Of a stretch of 45,109 nucleotides of DNA, positions 25,072-35,640 are shown one piece after another. The notes under the pieces are model-generated. The model ran no database searches. It saw only the letters and a program-made list of their open reading frames with translations, and had not been told where the DNA came from. Made by a program: the position numbers and the translations under genes. The first letter of the stretch is position 1, and each line of letters begins with the position of its first letter. Source of the DNA: Octopus bimaculoides (Eukaryota); NCBI RefSeq assembly GCF_001194135.2, contig NC_068999.1, forward strand, positions 8,884,978 through 8,930,086, in the 5' to 3' direction.

Positions 25072-25075
25072 ACAC
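24976..25075. repeat. (CA)n microsatellite
   Basis: Direct reading. Confidence 0.95.
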
Positions 25076-25584
25076 AAACACTCTCTCTCACACACACACA
25101 CATGTACAAATAAAAGAGATAGAGGGAATGGGAAAGAGTGGGAGTGAGAGAGAACGAGTGAAAGAGAGGGAAGGAATGAGAGAGGCAGTAAGTGAGAGAG
25201 AAAGGGAGTGACAGAGAGGAGTGAGAGGAAAGGGAGGGAATTAGAGAGTGAGCGAGAGGGAGAGAAAGAGGAGTACATACTCATACATACATATCCACAT
25301 AGGTACACAGATATGGAAGCCGCGCAACTCACAGTTTCTCTCACTCGTTCTCTCTCTCCTTTTCTCTCACCCCTCTCACTTTCCTCTTTCTCCCCTCTCT
25401 CACCCCTCTCACTTTCCTCTCTCTCCCCTCTCACTCTTTCCTTCTCTCATTATCTTCTTTTTTTTCTGTGTCTCTATGCATTAAACCCCTTTATCATTTT
25501 CCCATTATATTTTGCAATAAAACTGACAAAATTGACAAATTACAGTACACGTTACCATCTATATATCCACGAACTCCCCCCCCC

Positions 25585-25668
<84 letters not shown>

Positions 25669-25827
25669 GTGTCATGGAGAAAATGGATGAGCTTCTTCCA
25701 ATCTCGCCGTTCTGTTCTGAAGAGAGGAGACAATAAAGATCTAACCGTAAGTGATACTTTATCATTCCGCATCCTCCAGCTTCCAGCATCGAAAACGAGA
25801 AAGCAGATAAAAAAATATATTGGTATA

Positions 25828-26095
25828 GCCATGTATCGGGTTCAGTTCCACTGCGTGGCATCATGGTAAATGTTTTCTACTGTAAACTTAGGCCAACCAA
25901 GGCGTTGTGGGAAAAACACATACACACACTTACATATCTTTTATTTGCTTCAATCATTAGACAGCGGCCTTGAAAAGTCTCTTACTCGAATGAATCTATC
26001 TCACTCTTTTGGTGAACCGCTCAGTTACGGTGAAATAAACAAAACTAACATTGGTTGTCAAGCGGTGGTAAGGTACAAACACGGACAGTAAGACA
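25828..26095. mobile_element. Diverged SINE family B pieces: head on + (about 25828-25910), tail on - (about 25935-26095)
   Basis: GGGTTCAGTTCCACTGCGTGGCATCATGGTAAATGTTTTCTACT (head); GAACCGCTCAGTTACGG...GGTTGTCAAGCGGTGG (tail, minus orientation). Confidence 0.7.
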
Positions 26096-26155
26096 CACCG
26101 ACAAACTGACACACACATTTGTGCAATTAATCGTGATAATGACTTTTTAAGCAAA

Positions 26156-26260
26156 TTATTCTATGAAACCGTCCTCGGTTTCGATAACTGCTTCAATGCG
26201 GGACCGAAACCGCTGGCATGCTGACACTATATGGTCCTTATCCATGCTGCTGAGATCAAC
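26156..26260 (-). mobile_element. Tc1/mariner-superfamily transposase C-terminal fragment
   Basis: MDKDHIVSACQRFRSRIEAVIETEDGFIE* matches the typical ...ACxxFRxRxEAVIxAxGxxxE* terminus. No catalytic DDD region or TIR is seen. Confidence 0.75.
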
Positions 26261-26619
26261 TTTACGTCCCCCACTCAACTTTGTGTCTTTTTTTTCTCCT
26301 TTAGTCGTGAAACTGAAATAGCAGCCAAGTACTGTTGATGGTGTAATGGCTGATCTGGTATCAAAACCAGTTTCATTTTCCGTAGTTTCATCTTTGGTGT
26401 AGAATGACCAGATGACGTCTTTCGATACTAAACAAATAAAGAAACTGCAAAAATAAAAACAAAGATGATAATAATAAACAACATTGAATATCTCTTCATC
26501 AGAAGTAGCTGCAATCGTCAACGATGCAACAACGCTACGATGTTTAATAACAGAAACGACGGCGATGACAACAACAACAGCAACAGCAACAACACCATCC
26601 ACCACTGCTGTCGCTGCCT

Positions 26620-27500
26620 ACAATGATGGTGATGACGATGATGATGGTGATGGTGGTGGTGGTGGTGATAATGATGATGATGGTGGTGGTTGTGATTATG
26701 GTGGTGATGGTGATGATGGTGGTGATGATGATGATGATGGTGGCGGTGGTGATGGTGATGATGATGATGATAGTGGTGGTGGTGGTGGTGATGGTGATGA
26801 TGATAACAATGATTAAAGATGATGATGATGATGATAATGATAATGATGGAGATGATGGTGATGATGATGTTGATGATGATGATAATGATGATGATGATGN
26901 NNNNNNNNNNNNNNNNNNNNNNNNNNNNNNNNNNNNNNNNNNNNNNNNNNNNNNNNNNNNNNNNNNNNNNNNNNNNNNNNNNNNNNNNNNNNNNNNNNNN
27001 NNNNNNNNNNNNNNNNNNNNNNNNNNNNNNNNNNNNNNNNNNNNNNNNNNNNNNNNNNNNNNNNNNNNNNNNNNNNNNNNNNNNNNNNNNNNNNNNNNNN
27101 NNNNNNNNNNNNNNNNNNNNNNNNNNNNNNNNNNNNNNNNNNNNNNNNNNNNNNNNNNNNNNNNNNNNNNTGATGATGATGATAATGATGATGAGGATGA
27201 TAATGGTGGTGGTGATGGTGATGGTGATGATGATGGTGGTTGTGATTATGGTGGTGATGGTGATGATGGTGGTGATGGTGATGATGATGGTGATGATGAT
27301 GATGATGATAGTGGTGGTGGTGATGGTGATGATGATAACAATGATTAAAGATGATGATGATGATAATAATGATAATGATGGAGATGATGGTGATGATGAG
27401 GATGATAATGGCGGTGGTGGTGGTGGTGGTGGTGGTGGTGGTGATGATGATGGTGATGATGATGATGGTGATGACGATGCTGCTGATAATGATGATGCAA
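26620..27500. repeat. (GAT/GGT)n compound array with a duplicated ~200-bp higher-order unit either side of a gap
   Basis: Rare landmarks GGTTGTGATTATGG, GATAGTGGT, AACAATGATTAAAGAT and GATGGAGAT occur in the same order at about 26686-26852 and 27237-27385. Confidence 0.9.
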
Positions 27501-27644
27501 AAAACGGTACCAATGACGTAATTACAGATAACAAGGAGCGTCTTTTCATCTCCATCATAACGAAGTTAGTACGACAGCCACGATCACCAATACCAACAAC
27601 AACAAAACAAAACAAAACCAAAAACAAAACAAATAGAACGATTG

Positions 27645-27722
<78 letters not shown>

Positions 27723-29303
27723 TTGCTGTTGTCGCCACTGTTGTCGCTGCTGCTGCTGTTACTGCTGCAGAAACGAGACTAATGACGTAAGCAGTATTAA
27801 CAATCTTTTCCAACCGAACCATCTCAACCTTAGTGCGATGACTAGCAACCATCAATAGAAACAACAACAATAACAACAACAACAACAACTACTACTACTA
27901 CTACTAATGCTTCTGCTGCTGCTGCTGATGATGATGCTGGCAATGACGTCAGCTACTTTAACAAAAACACCATCCATCATATTCGTGATATCGTTACCAG
28001 AAAGCCTTCTTCGGCGCCACCATTTCCACCACCACCACCACAACCACCACCACCACCATCATCACCACCACCACCTTAACCNNNNNNNNNNNNNNNNNNN
28101 NNNNNNNNNNNNNNNNNNNNNNNNNNNNNNNNNNNNNNNNNNNNNNNNNNNNNNNNNNNNNNNNNNNNNNNNNNNNNNNNNNNNNNNNNNNNNNNNNNNN
28201 NNNNNNNNNNNNNNNNNNNNNNNNNNNNNNNNNNNNNNNNNNNNNNNNNNNNNNNNNNNNNNNNNNNNNNNNNNNNNNNNNNNNNNNNNNNNNNNNNNNN
28301 NNNNNNNNNNNNNNNNNNNNNNNNNNNNNNNNNNNNNNNNNNNNNNNNNNNNNNNNNNNNNNNNNNNNNNNNNNNNNNNNNNNNNNNNNNNNNNNNNNNN
28401 NNNNNNNNNNNNNNNNNNNNNNNNNNNNNNNNNNNNNNNNNNNNNNNNNNNNNNNNNNNNNNNNNNNNNNNNNNNNNNNNNNNNNNNNNNNNNNNNNNNN
28501 NNNNNNNNNNNNNNNNNNNNNNNNNNNNNNNNNNNNNNNNNNNNNNNNNNNNNNNNNNNNNNNNNNNNNNNNNNNNNNNNNNNNNNNNNNNNNNNNNNNN
28601 NNNNNNNNNNNNNNNNNNNNTATATATAACATGCTCAATATTTGTAACATCGATCTGAATTTAACGACCATATTTTAAGTGATTTATGAAGTCTTGAGTA
28701 CTCAGGCAATCAATTACCTCCGAATTAATGACTGCTGCTACTTCTGCTCCTGCTACTCACTCTGCTGGCATTAGTGTTCGTGTAGGTCTTAGCTGGTGAT
28801 GTTGATGTTGTTCTTATAGATACATGTTAGCCAATATTTTATACTCGTTAAATATTCTCTTTGAGCAACGGATATTTTTGTTTACTGTTCTCGTAATTCC
28901 TCTTACGCTTGCATTCTCAATTTCAACCGCAAATTTCCCTTTTCCCCCCCTCTTTCTCGCTTGCTTGTTCTTATATCGTCCTTTAATAAATAATTAAGTA
29001 TTAATTAACAGAGGTATCCATAATTATATAGCAAGCAACGATGATGACAAGGATTACGAGAAAAAAAAATGAATGGTTTGTAATTTCGACCGAAAGACCA
29101 GCAAAAATGTTTTAGGGGATGTTTTTAGTCAATACAACCAATGCTAATTTTCTGGTTCTTGAGTTTTAACCAACCCCAGTGATATGACTGGTAAATTTTT
29201 TCCTCTCTCAGCGAGATTTGAAATCAGGTCTTGAATAATCAGAACAAAAGTATGCAATCTAATTGCGTTTCGTTCGACACATTAACCATTTTGCCAATCC
29301 ACC

Positions 29304-29362
<59 letters not shown>

Positions 29363-29474
29363 GCCATTGATGCTAAGGCAATGAAGTTCGAGCGCTAGTA
29401 TACTTATCTAAGCATTTGTGTGTCTGTGTGTCTGTGTGTCTGTCTGTCCGTCTGTCTATCTATCTATCTGCCCG

Positions 29475-30025
29475 GATGCAGTGGCTCTCATGGCTTCTGA
29501 CCTTAATTGATTGGAAGTGTTATCATGTACGCTTTTTGTCTTAGTATAAAACATGGGCTACATCAAATATTCTGCTCAATGCCACAGATTTGCTTGTCAG
29601 TTGTTTGACCTCAACCAGTTGAGCATGTCCCTTAGTGGGTGACAATATGTGCATCTCTGATCACGAGCAGAAGTAGTGGTAGAGCATCATAGTCATGTGT
29701 TGAGGGTAATTCTTTGAGGTTAGGATAATTCACCCTTGGAAACACGGGTTCTTTTTCAACAACCTTAACAACCATTATTCAGGGAGCTTTTGAGCGGGAT
29801 GGGCTACTCGACCTGAAGAAAATTCTAACTGGGCACCACCTGCTAGGTCATGTGTGCTATTTGTCTTGATAGGAAATCACCATGTCGCGCACATATGGTT
29901 GTGATGTATGTGCCTGGTGTACCCTTTTCACACAGGTTGTCATGATGGGTATATTGGGCTTCGTATAATTGTACCCCAGTGTCATTTTGACCGCAAGCGC
30001 TGCTCTCTTACTCAATAATAATAAT
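29475..30025 (+). mobile_element. Unclassified element, family D, near-complete copy
   Basis: GATGCAGTGGCTCTCATGGCTTCTGA...ACCCCAGTGTCATTTTGA...GCTCTCTTACTCAATAATAATAAT; three other copies occur in the window. Confidence 0.85.
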
Positions 30026-30955
30026 TAAGGGTGTCAAGTTATAATATCCCCGTGGTTCTAGGACATCCCTGTTGGATGTTACCAGATTACAAACATATGA
30101 GTGCGTATTTTTTTACTCGGTGTTTTGGCTAAGATANNNNNNNNNNNNNNNNNNNNNNNNNNNNNNNNNNNNNNNNNNNNNNNNNNNNNNNNNNNNNNNN
30201 NNNNNNNNATATAAACACATAAATATGCGTATATGTAAGTGTTTGTAGAGCCATATTCTTATATATATCAGTGTAAAACGGTCTAAAACACCTTAACTAA
30301 TTACCTAAAGCGACATAACCCAACGCGAATTTGGCCATTCAATAAATGGACGAGGATAGATAACATGAGTAATGATCTTTGTAACAGTATAGAAACAATT
30401 GACGATAAAATACATACCATGGCAGGACAAGACAAAACAAAACTAAAGTAGGTGCTACAGCATGGGCGATGTCCAATCATTAAAAGCAAGAAAACGATTT
30501 AAGTAGATAACAGCCATTGATACTATGGACTCGTGCTTTAATATTCATAATAGTTCCAGCATGTAAATACTTAATACAGATTATAGACCTGATCTCTAAT
30601 CCTATAATAAAGATAAAATAATTTTCTCCTAATTACATAATAACGATAATCCTGCAATTTAATCCCGTAATCCTGATAACGAGTCTACCAACCTGATCCT
30701 TTGATAATGCTAATAATTCTGCGTTGTTATCCCTTAATAACGAGGATTATACTTCTGGTATTTAATCCGATTATACAATTTAAAACATTGCCGCCTAATC
30801 CAGTGATAATGATAGTTCTGCCGTGTAATACCCTAGTAATGCCATCTAATCTCTTAATACTAAGCCTAATAATGCTCGTAACATTATCTTCTATCCTTTA
30901 AAGATAATAATAATGCTCTCTAATCGCTCTAAAGATTAAACTATTAGATAATCAT

Positions 30956-31025
<70 letters not shown>

Positions 31026-31044
31026 TGATGATGATGATAATAAT

Positions 31045-31126
31045 ATGATAAAAATATTCTGACAAATACACAACAAAAACACCAGGACTTACAAATATAT
31101 ATAACATACAGAAAATTGCACTACTG
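31045..31126 (+). mobile_element. R4/Dong-clade 3' fragment, second copy
   Basis: Nearly identical to the reverse complement of about 24337-24425 (KYSDKYTTKTPGLTNIYNIQKIALL); directly follows the (AAT)n(GAT)n array at 30957-31044. Confidence 0.9.
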
Positions 31127-31421
31127 AGCGCCTGGCTACACTCCAGATGCCAGACACCCAACCTCGGTCTACGCTTGATCCAAGATTGCAGCTCACTCAA
31201 AGAGATGAGCTGCGGGAAAGCAAGTCTGACAAAGAGCGACCACACCTGCTCACTGTCGTCGAGTATATGCTGGATGTGCCGCAGGCTCAGTGAAATGTCT
31301 GCGCTTCAGTAGCCATGGCATACCCAGCCCACAGTTCATAGCGTGTTGACAGCAAATGGAGCGCCTGACCAGCGCAGTCCGTCCCTTCCATAAGAGGCAG
31401 AAAAGTAAATGCTCCAGCTTG
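31127..31421 (-). mobile_element. L1/Tx1-clade non-LTR retrotransposon fragment (post-RT region)
   Basis: KLEHLLFCLLWKGRTALVRRSICCQHAMNCGLGMPWLLKRRH/SLSLRHIQHILDDSEQVWSLFV... resembles the FxWxG...V....CxPxxxGGLGxP motif downstream of the L1/Tx1 RT; one frameshift. Confidence 0.65.
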
Positions 31422-31934
31422 ANNNNNNNNNNNNNNNNNNNNNNNNNNNNNNNNNNNNNNNNNNNNNNNNNNNNNNNNNNNNNNNNNNNNNNNNNNNNNN
31501 NNNNNNNNNNNNNNNNNNNNNNNNNNNNNNNNNNNNNNNNNNNNNNNNNNNNNNNNNNNNNNNNNNNNNNNNNNNNNNNNNNNNNNNNNNNNNNNNNNNN
31601 NNNNNNNNNNNNNNNNNNNNNNNNNNNNNNNNNNNNNNNNNNNNNNNNNNNNNNNNNNNNNNNNNNNNNNNNNNNNNNNNNNNNNNNNNNNNNNNNNNNN
31701 NNNNNNNNNNNNNNNNNNNNNNNNNNNNNNNNNNNNNNNNNNNNNNNNNNNNNNNNNNNNNNNNNNNNNNNNNNNNNNNNNNNNNNNNNNNNNNNNNNNN
31801 NNNNNNNNNNNNNNNNNNNNNNNNNNNNNNNNNNNNNNNNNNNNNNNNNNNNNNNNNNNNNNNNNNNNNNNNNNNNNNNNNNNNNNNNNNNNNNNNNNNN
31901 NNNNNNNNNNNNNNNNNNNNNNNTATATATATAT

Positions 31935-32060
31935 GAAATTTATAGAAAAACAAAAGACGAAGACAGGTGTATAAACAGCAAGCAGGTGTATTAGCTTGAC
32001 GCTCGGGAAAAATTGAAAAGTCTTTTACGTTTCGAGCCTACGCTCTTCGACAGAAAGGAA
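31935..32060 (-). mobile_element. Penelope-like terminal-repeat fragment
   Basis: Contains a minimal hammerhead motif followed by a pyrimidine-rich stretch ending in (TA)n; family assignment is inferred from the hammerhead type. Confidence 0.55.
32022..32057 (-). ncRNA. Minimal type I hammerhead ribozyme motif, variant core
   Basis: Minus strand CUUU-CUGUCGA-A-GAGC(GUAG)GCUC-GAA-ACGU-A-AAAG: 4-bp stem I, 4-bp stem II, palindromic ACGU stem III, GUA triplet. A6 is replaced by U and there is an extra A after A9. Confidence 0.6.
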
Positions 32061-32876
32061 TGGAATGCTGGTACGTGGATAAAGAGAGGTGCTGAAAGTT
32101 CGGGAAGTGGCTAAAATATACCAGGTCCAAGAGAGTAAGAAGTTCAGTCAATGTCAATGTGTCGTAGCCACGTGAGCGTCTCAAATATAATATATACGTG
32201 TATGCATATATGTCCACGTTAGTGGTCAACGTTATATATAAAATATATATAGATATAGATAGATAGATAGATACACACATATATATATATATACATATAC
32301 ATGCATACACACATATATATATATATACACACACATACACACACACGCATACACGCACATATACGGACATGTTTCGTCGTAGAAGAGCCTGCACGTTTAC
32401 GGTATAATATACGTTAAGTAGGTATTTCGGTAAAATGTTCACAGAGACGACAATGAAGAATATCAGAGAGAGACAATAACAACAATAAAAGGAACAAAAC
32501 CCAAAATAATAACTGAATAAATACAACAATGTTCAAACAGATATTTGATGACAATCATGTGTGATCGATATATGACAGTTCTATGTTGAATAATGAATTA
32601 CGTGTATCGTTTTAGATAAGTGATAGCAAACTCGATATAGACATGCCTGAAAGATTACAGGTTGTGTTTTTTGTTTTTATTCGGCACCAGGCGGGACATA
32701 TAACCGAAACCTTTCCATCCGTGACGAACCCATATATTTTCGTAGTTTACATTGTTTAATGTATTCTTCTTTTTCGTTGATGCCTAGCTTTTCAGATGNN
32801 NNNNNNNNACACACACACACACAAAGCAAAAGCATAACACACTCAATGCTCTCGTGATGACATTGTGTAACGCCTC

Positions 32877-33170
32877 AAAGGCGGCGAGCTGGCAGAATCG
32901 TTCGCACACTGGACGAAGTGCTTTGCGGTTTTTCGCCCGTCGCTACGTTCTGAGTTCAAATTCCGGTGAAGTTGACTTTGCCTTTCATCGTTTCGGAGTC
33001 GATAAATTAAGTACTAGATGCGTACTGGGGTCGATCTAATCGACGGGCCATACCCCACCCCAAATATCGGGCCTTGTGGCTAGAGTGCAAAAAACTTGTT
33101 AGCACGCAGGCGAAATGCTTGGCGGTATTTCGTCTGTCTTTACGTTCTGAGTTCAAGTGCCGCCGGGGTC
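32877..33170 (+). mobile_element. SINE family A, full copy (32877-33095) plus a stacked second head (33098-33170)
   Basis: GGCGGCGAGCTGGCAGAATCG (A box), CTGAGTTCAAATTCC (B box), core TTGACTTTGCCTTTCATCGTTTCGGAGTCGATAAATTAAGTAC, tail GGGCCTTGTGGC. Confidence 0.9.
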
Positions 33171-33389
33171 ATCACTGCCGTGTCGTCGTCAACGGTGTAA
33201 TCGCAGTTGTCGACGTCGTCATCATCGTCATCATCGTCATCGTCATCATCATAGCTTTTATCACCAAACCAATATCAAAGTTTTTAGTATTGTTCGTCCT
33301 CTTCGTAGTACAAAAAGTATTGGTAATCATAGTTGAAATCGTTGATGGATTAGCAGTAACAGCGACGACGGCAACAGCAGCAGCACCAC

Positions 33390-33447
<58 letters not shown>

Positions 33448-33693
33448 TTTGTTTTTTTATTATTAATCTTCATAACCATTATTATTATTATTAATACGAC
33501 TATTACTACTATTATAATCATGACCACCATTAACGTTATTATTATTATTGTTGTAGTAGTAGTAGTAGTAGTGGTGGTGCTAGTAGCAGCAGCAGCAACA
33601 GTAATGCGAGATGAATGATGAGAAATACGCAAGAAGGGCAAAAAGAAAAATTATCAGTAAAAAAAAATAATATTACATACACACACACTTAAT

Positions 33694-33727
<34 letters not shown>

Positions 33728-34769
33728 GCGACGACTGCAGCAGAAGTAACAACAAAATTAATGGCGACGAAGGGCNNNNNNNNNNNNNNNNNNNNNNNNN
33801 NNNNNNNNNNNNNNNNNNNNNNNNNNNNNNNNNNNNNNNNNNNNNNNNNNNNNNNNNNNNNNNNNNNNNNNNNNNNNNNNNNNNNNNNNNNNNNNNNNNN
33901 NNNNNNNNNNNNNNNNNNNNNNNNNNNNNNNNNNNNNNNNNNNNNNNNNNNNNNNNNNNNNNNNNNNNNNNNNNNNNNNNNNNNNNNNNNNNNNNNNNNN
34001 NNNNNNNNNNNNNNNNNNNNNNNNNNNNNNNNNNNNNNNNNNNNNNNNNNNNNNNNNNNNNNNNNNNNNNNNNNNNNNNNNNNNNNNNNNNNNNNNNNNN
34101 NNNNNNNNNNNNNNNNNNNNNNNNNNNNNNNNNNNNNNNNNNNNNNNNNNNNNNNNNNNNNNNNNNNNNNNNNNNNNNNNNNNNNNNNNNNNNNNNNNNN
34201 NNNNNNNNNNNNNNNNNNNNNNNNNNNNNNNNNNNNNNNNNNNNNNNNNNNNNNNNNNNNNNNNNNNNNNNNNNNNNNNNNNNNNNNNNNNNNNNNNNNN
34301 NNNNNNNNNNNNNNNNNNNNNNNNNNNNNNNNNNNNNNNNNNNNNNNNNNNNNNNNNNNNNNNNNNNNNNNNATATATATATATATATATATATATAAAT
34401 ATATATATGTATGTATGTATCTGGATGTCTGTCTTCGTGTATGTGTGTGTATGCACACAATGACATACACGCACATAAACGCACCCACAAAGATACACAC
34501 CGACACATATATATTTATATGTTTACATATATATGATGTATATATTAGTTACGAAAGTTGAAATGTTTGTGTGTATGTGTGTATGTGTGTGTCTCTACAA
34601 TTACAGGCTATACATATATACATATATACACATATACTATCTAGGTATGTGTGTGTAAATATGCTTGTGTGTTATACACATGTACGCACTTGGAACTGGT
34701 TCATATATATATACATACATCCATACTCACACACACAAACACACACGTAATACATATGTTTATGGAGTA

Positions 34770-34875
34770 AATATCACACCCCCAAAAAATATTGGGGCAG
34801 ATTTGTTCAACTAAAGAATTCAAAGCACTGCAGCAACATGGCCGTAGTGCAATAACGGATACAACACAAAATATC
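34770..34875 (+). mobile_element. SINE family B, diverged tail fragment
   Basis: TTGGGGCAGATTTGTTCAACTAAAG...CAACATGGCCGTAGTGCAATAAC. Confidence 0.65.
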
Positions 34876-35319
34876 CAAGAGGATTGTTTAAATGTAGTTA
34901 CAACAGTAAAATGTCCTACTGAAATGGAATTTCAGTAAATTTTCTGTATCTTTGTGCAGCTGAAGATCGCTCTGCATTTTACATTTAATATAATGCTCGC
35001 ATTACTTAAATAAATGGAGTCGCATGAAACGTTCGTACTGCAATAACCTTGAATATCCTTGTTGCTTATTTTGATATATGCATATATANNNNNNNNNNNN
35101 NNNNNNNNNNNNNNNNNNNNNNNNNNNNNNNNNNNNNNNNNNNNNNNNNNNNNNNNNNNNNNNNNNNNNNNNNNNNNNNNNNNNNNNNNNNNNNNNNNNN
35201 NNNNNNNNNNNNNNNNNNNNNNNNNNNNNNNNNNNNNNNNNNNNNNNNNNNNNNNNNNNNNNNNNNNNNNNNNNNNNNNNNNNNNNNNNNNNNNNNNNNN
35301 NNNNNNNNNNNNNNNNNNN

Positions 35320-35391
<72 letters not shown>

Positions 35392-35392
<1 letters not shown>

Positions 35393-35640
35393 TCCCATAG
35401 ACAGGCCACTGGTATTTATAGAGTATTAAACAACTTCCTTCAGAGAGTAACTGCTGCTTTTGTTGAGTGTATACACAACTTGGCTGCTCGTTTCTTTGGA
35501 GACTGTACCAATGTTGTAGACACTTCTGATGAGAACCCAATAAGGTTCCGAAATCGATTAAGTTCGCGCATCATTATTTTTTTGCAGTCTGCGGAGAAAT
35601 GGCTAAAATATGCACTGTTTATAATCATACAATATGTCAC
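35392..35640 (+). mobile_element. Penelope-like terminal repeat containing a hammerhead
   Basis: Homologous to 17503-17750 and contains the hammerhead at 35522-35563. Confidence 0.6.
35522..35563 (+). ncRNA. Minimal type I hammerhead ribozyme motif
   Basis: ACUU-CUGAUGA-GAACC(CAAUAA)GGUUC-C-GAA-AUCGAU-U-AAGU: canonical core, 5-bp stem II plus one extra C, palindromic AUCGAU stem III, AUU triplet, 4-bp stem I. Predicted cut is after 35559. Confidence 0.75.

Noticed and set aside
25722-25751. Plus-strand micro-exon candidate RGDNKDLT/GTAAGT
   Set aside because: Weak AAG acceptor, located between microsatellite and SINE debris; such 6-mers are expected by chance.
26484-27888. Long His-, Asp/Gly- or Met-rich ORFs as biomineralisation or structural proteins
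   Set aside because: All six frames are similarly low-complexity, the ORFs span a gap, and there are no splice or signal-peptide cues; consistent with a trinucleotide array.
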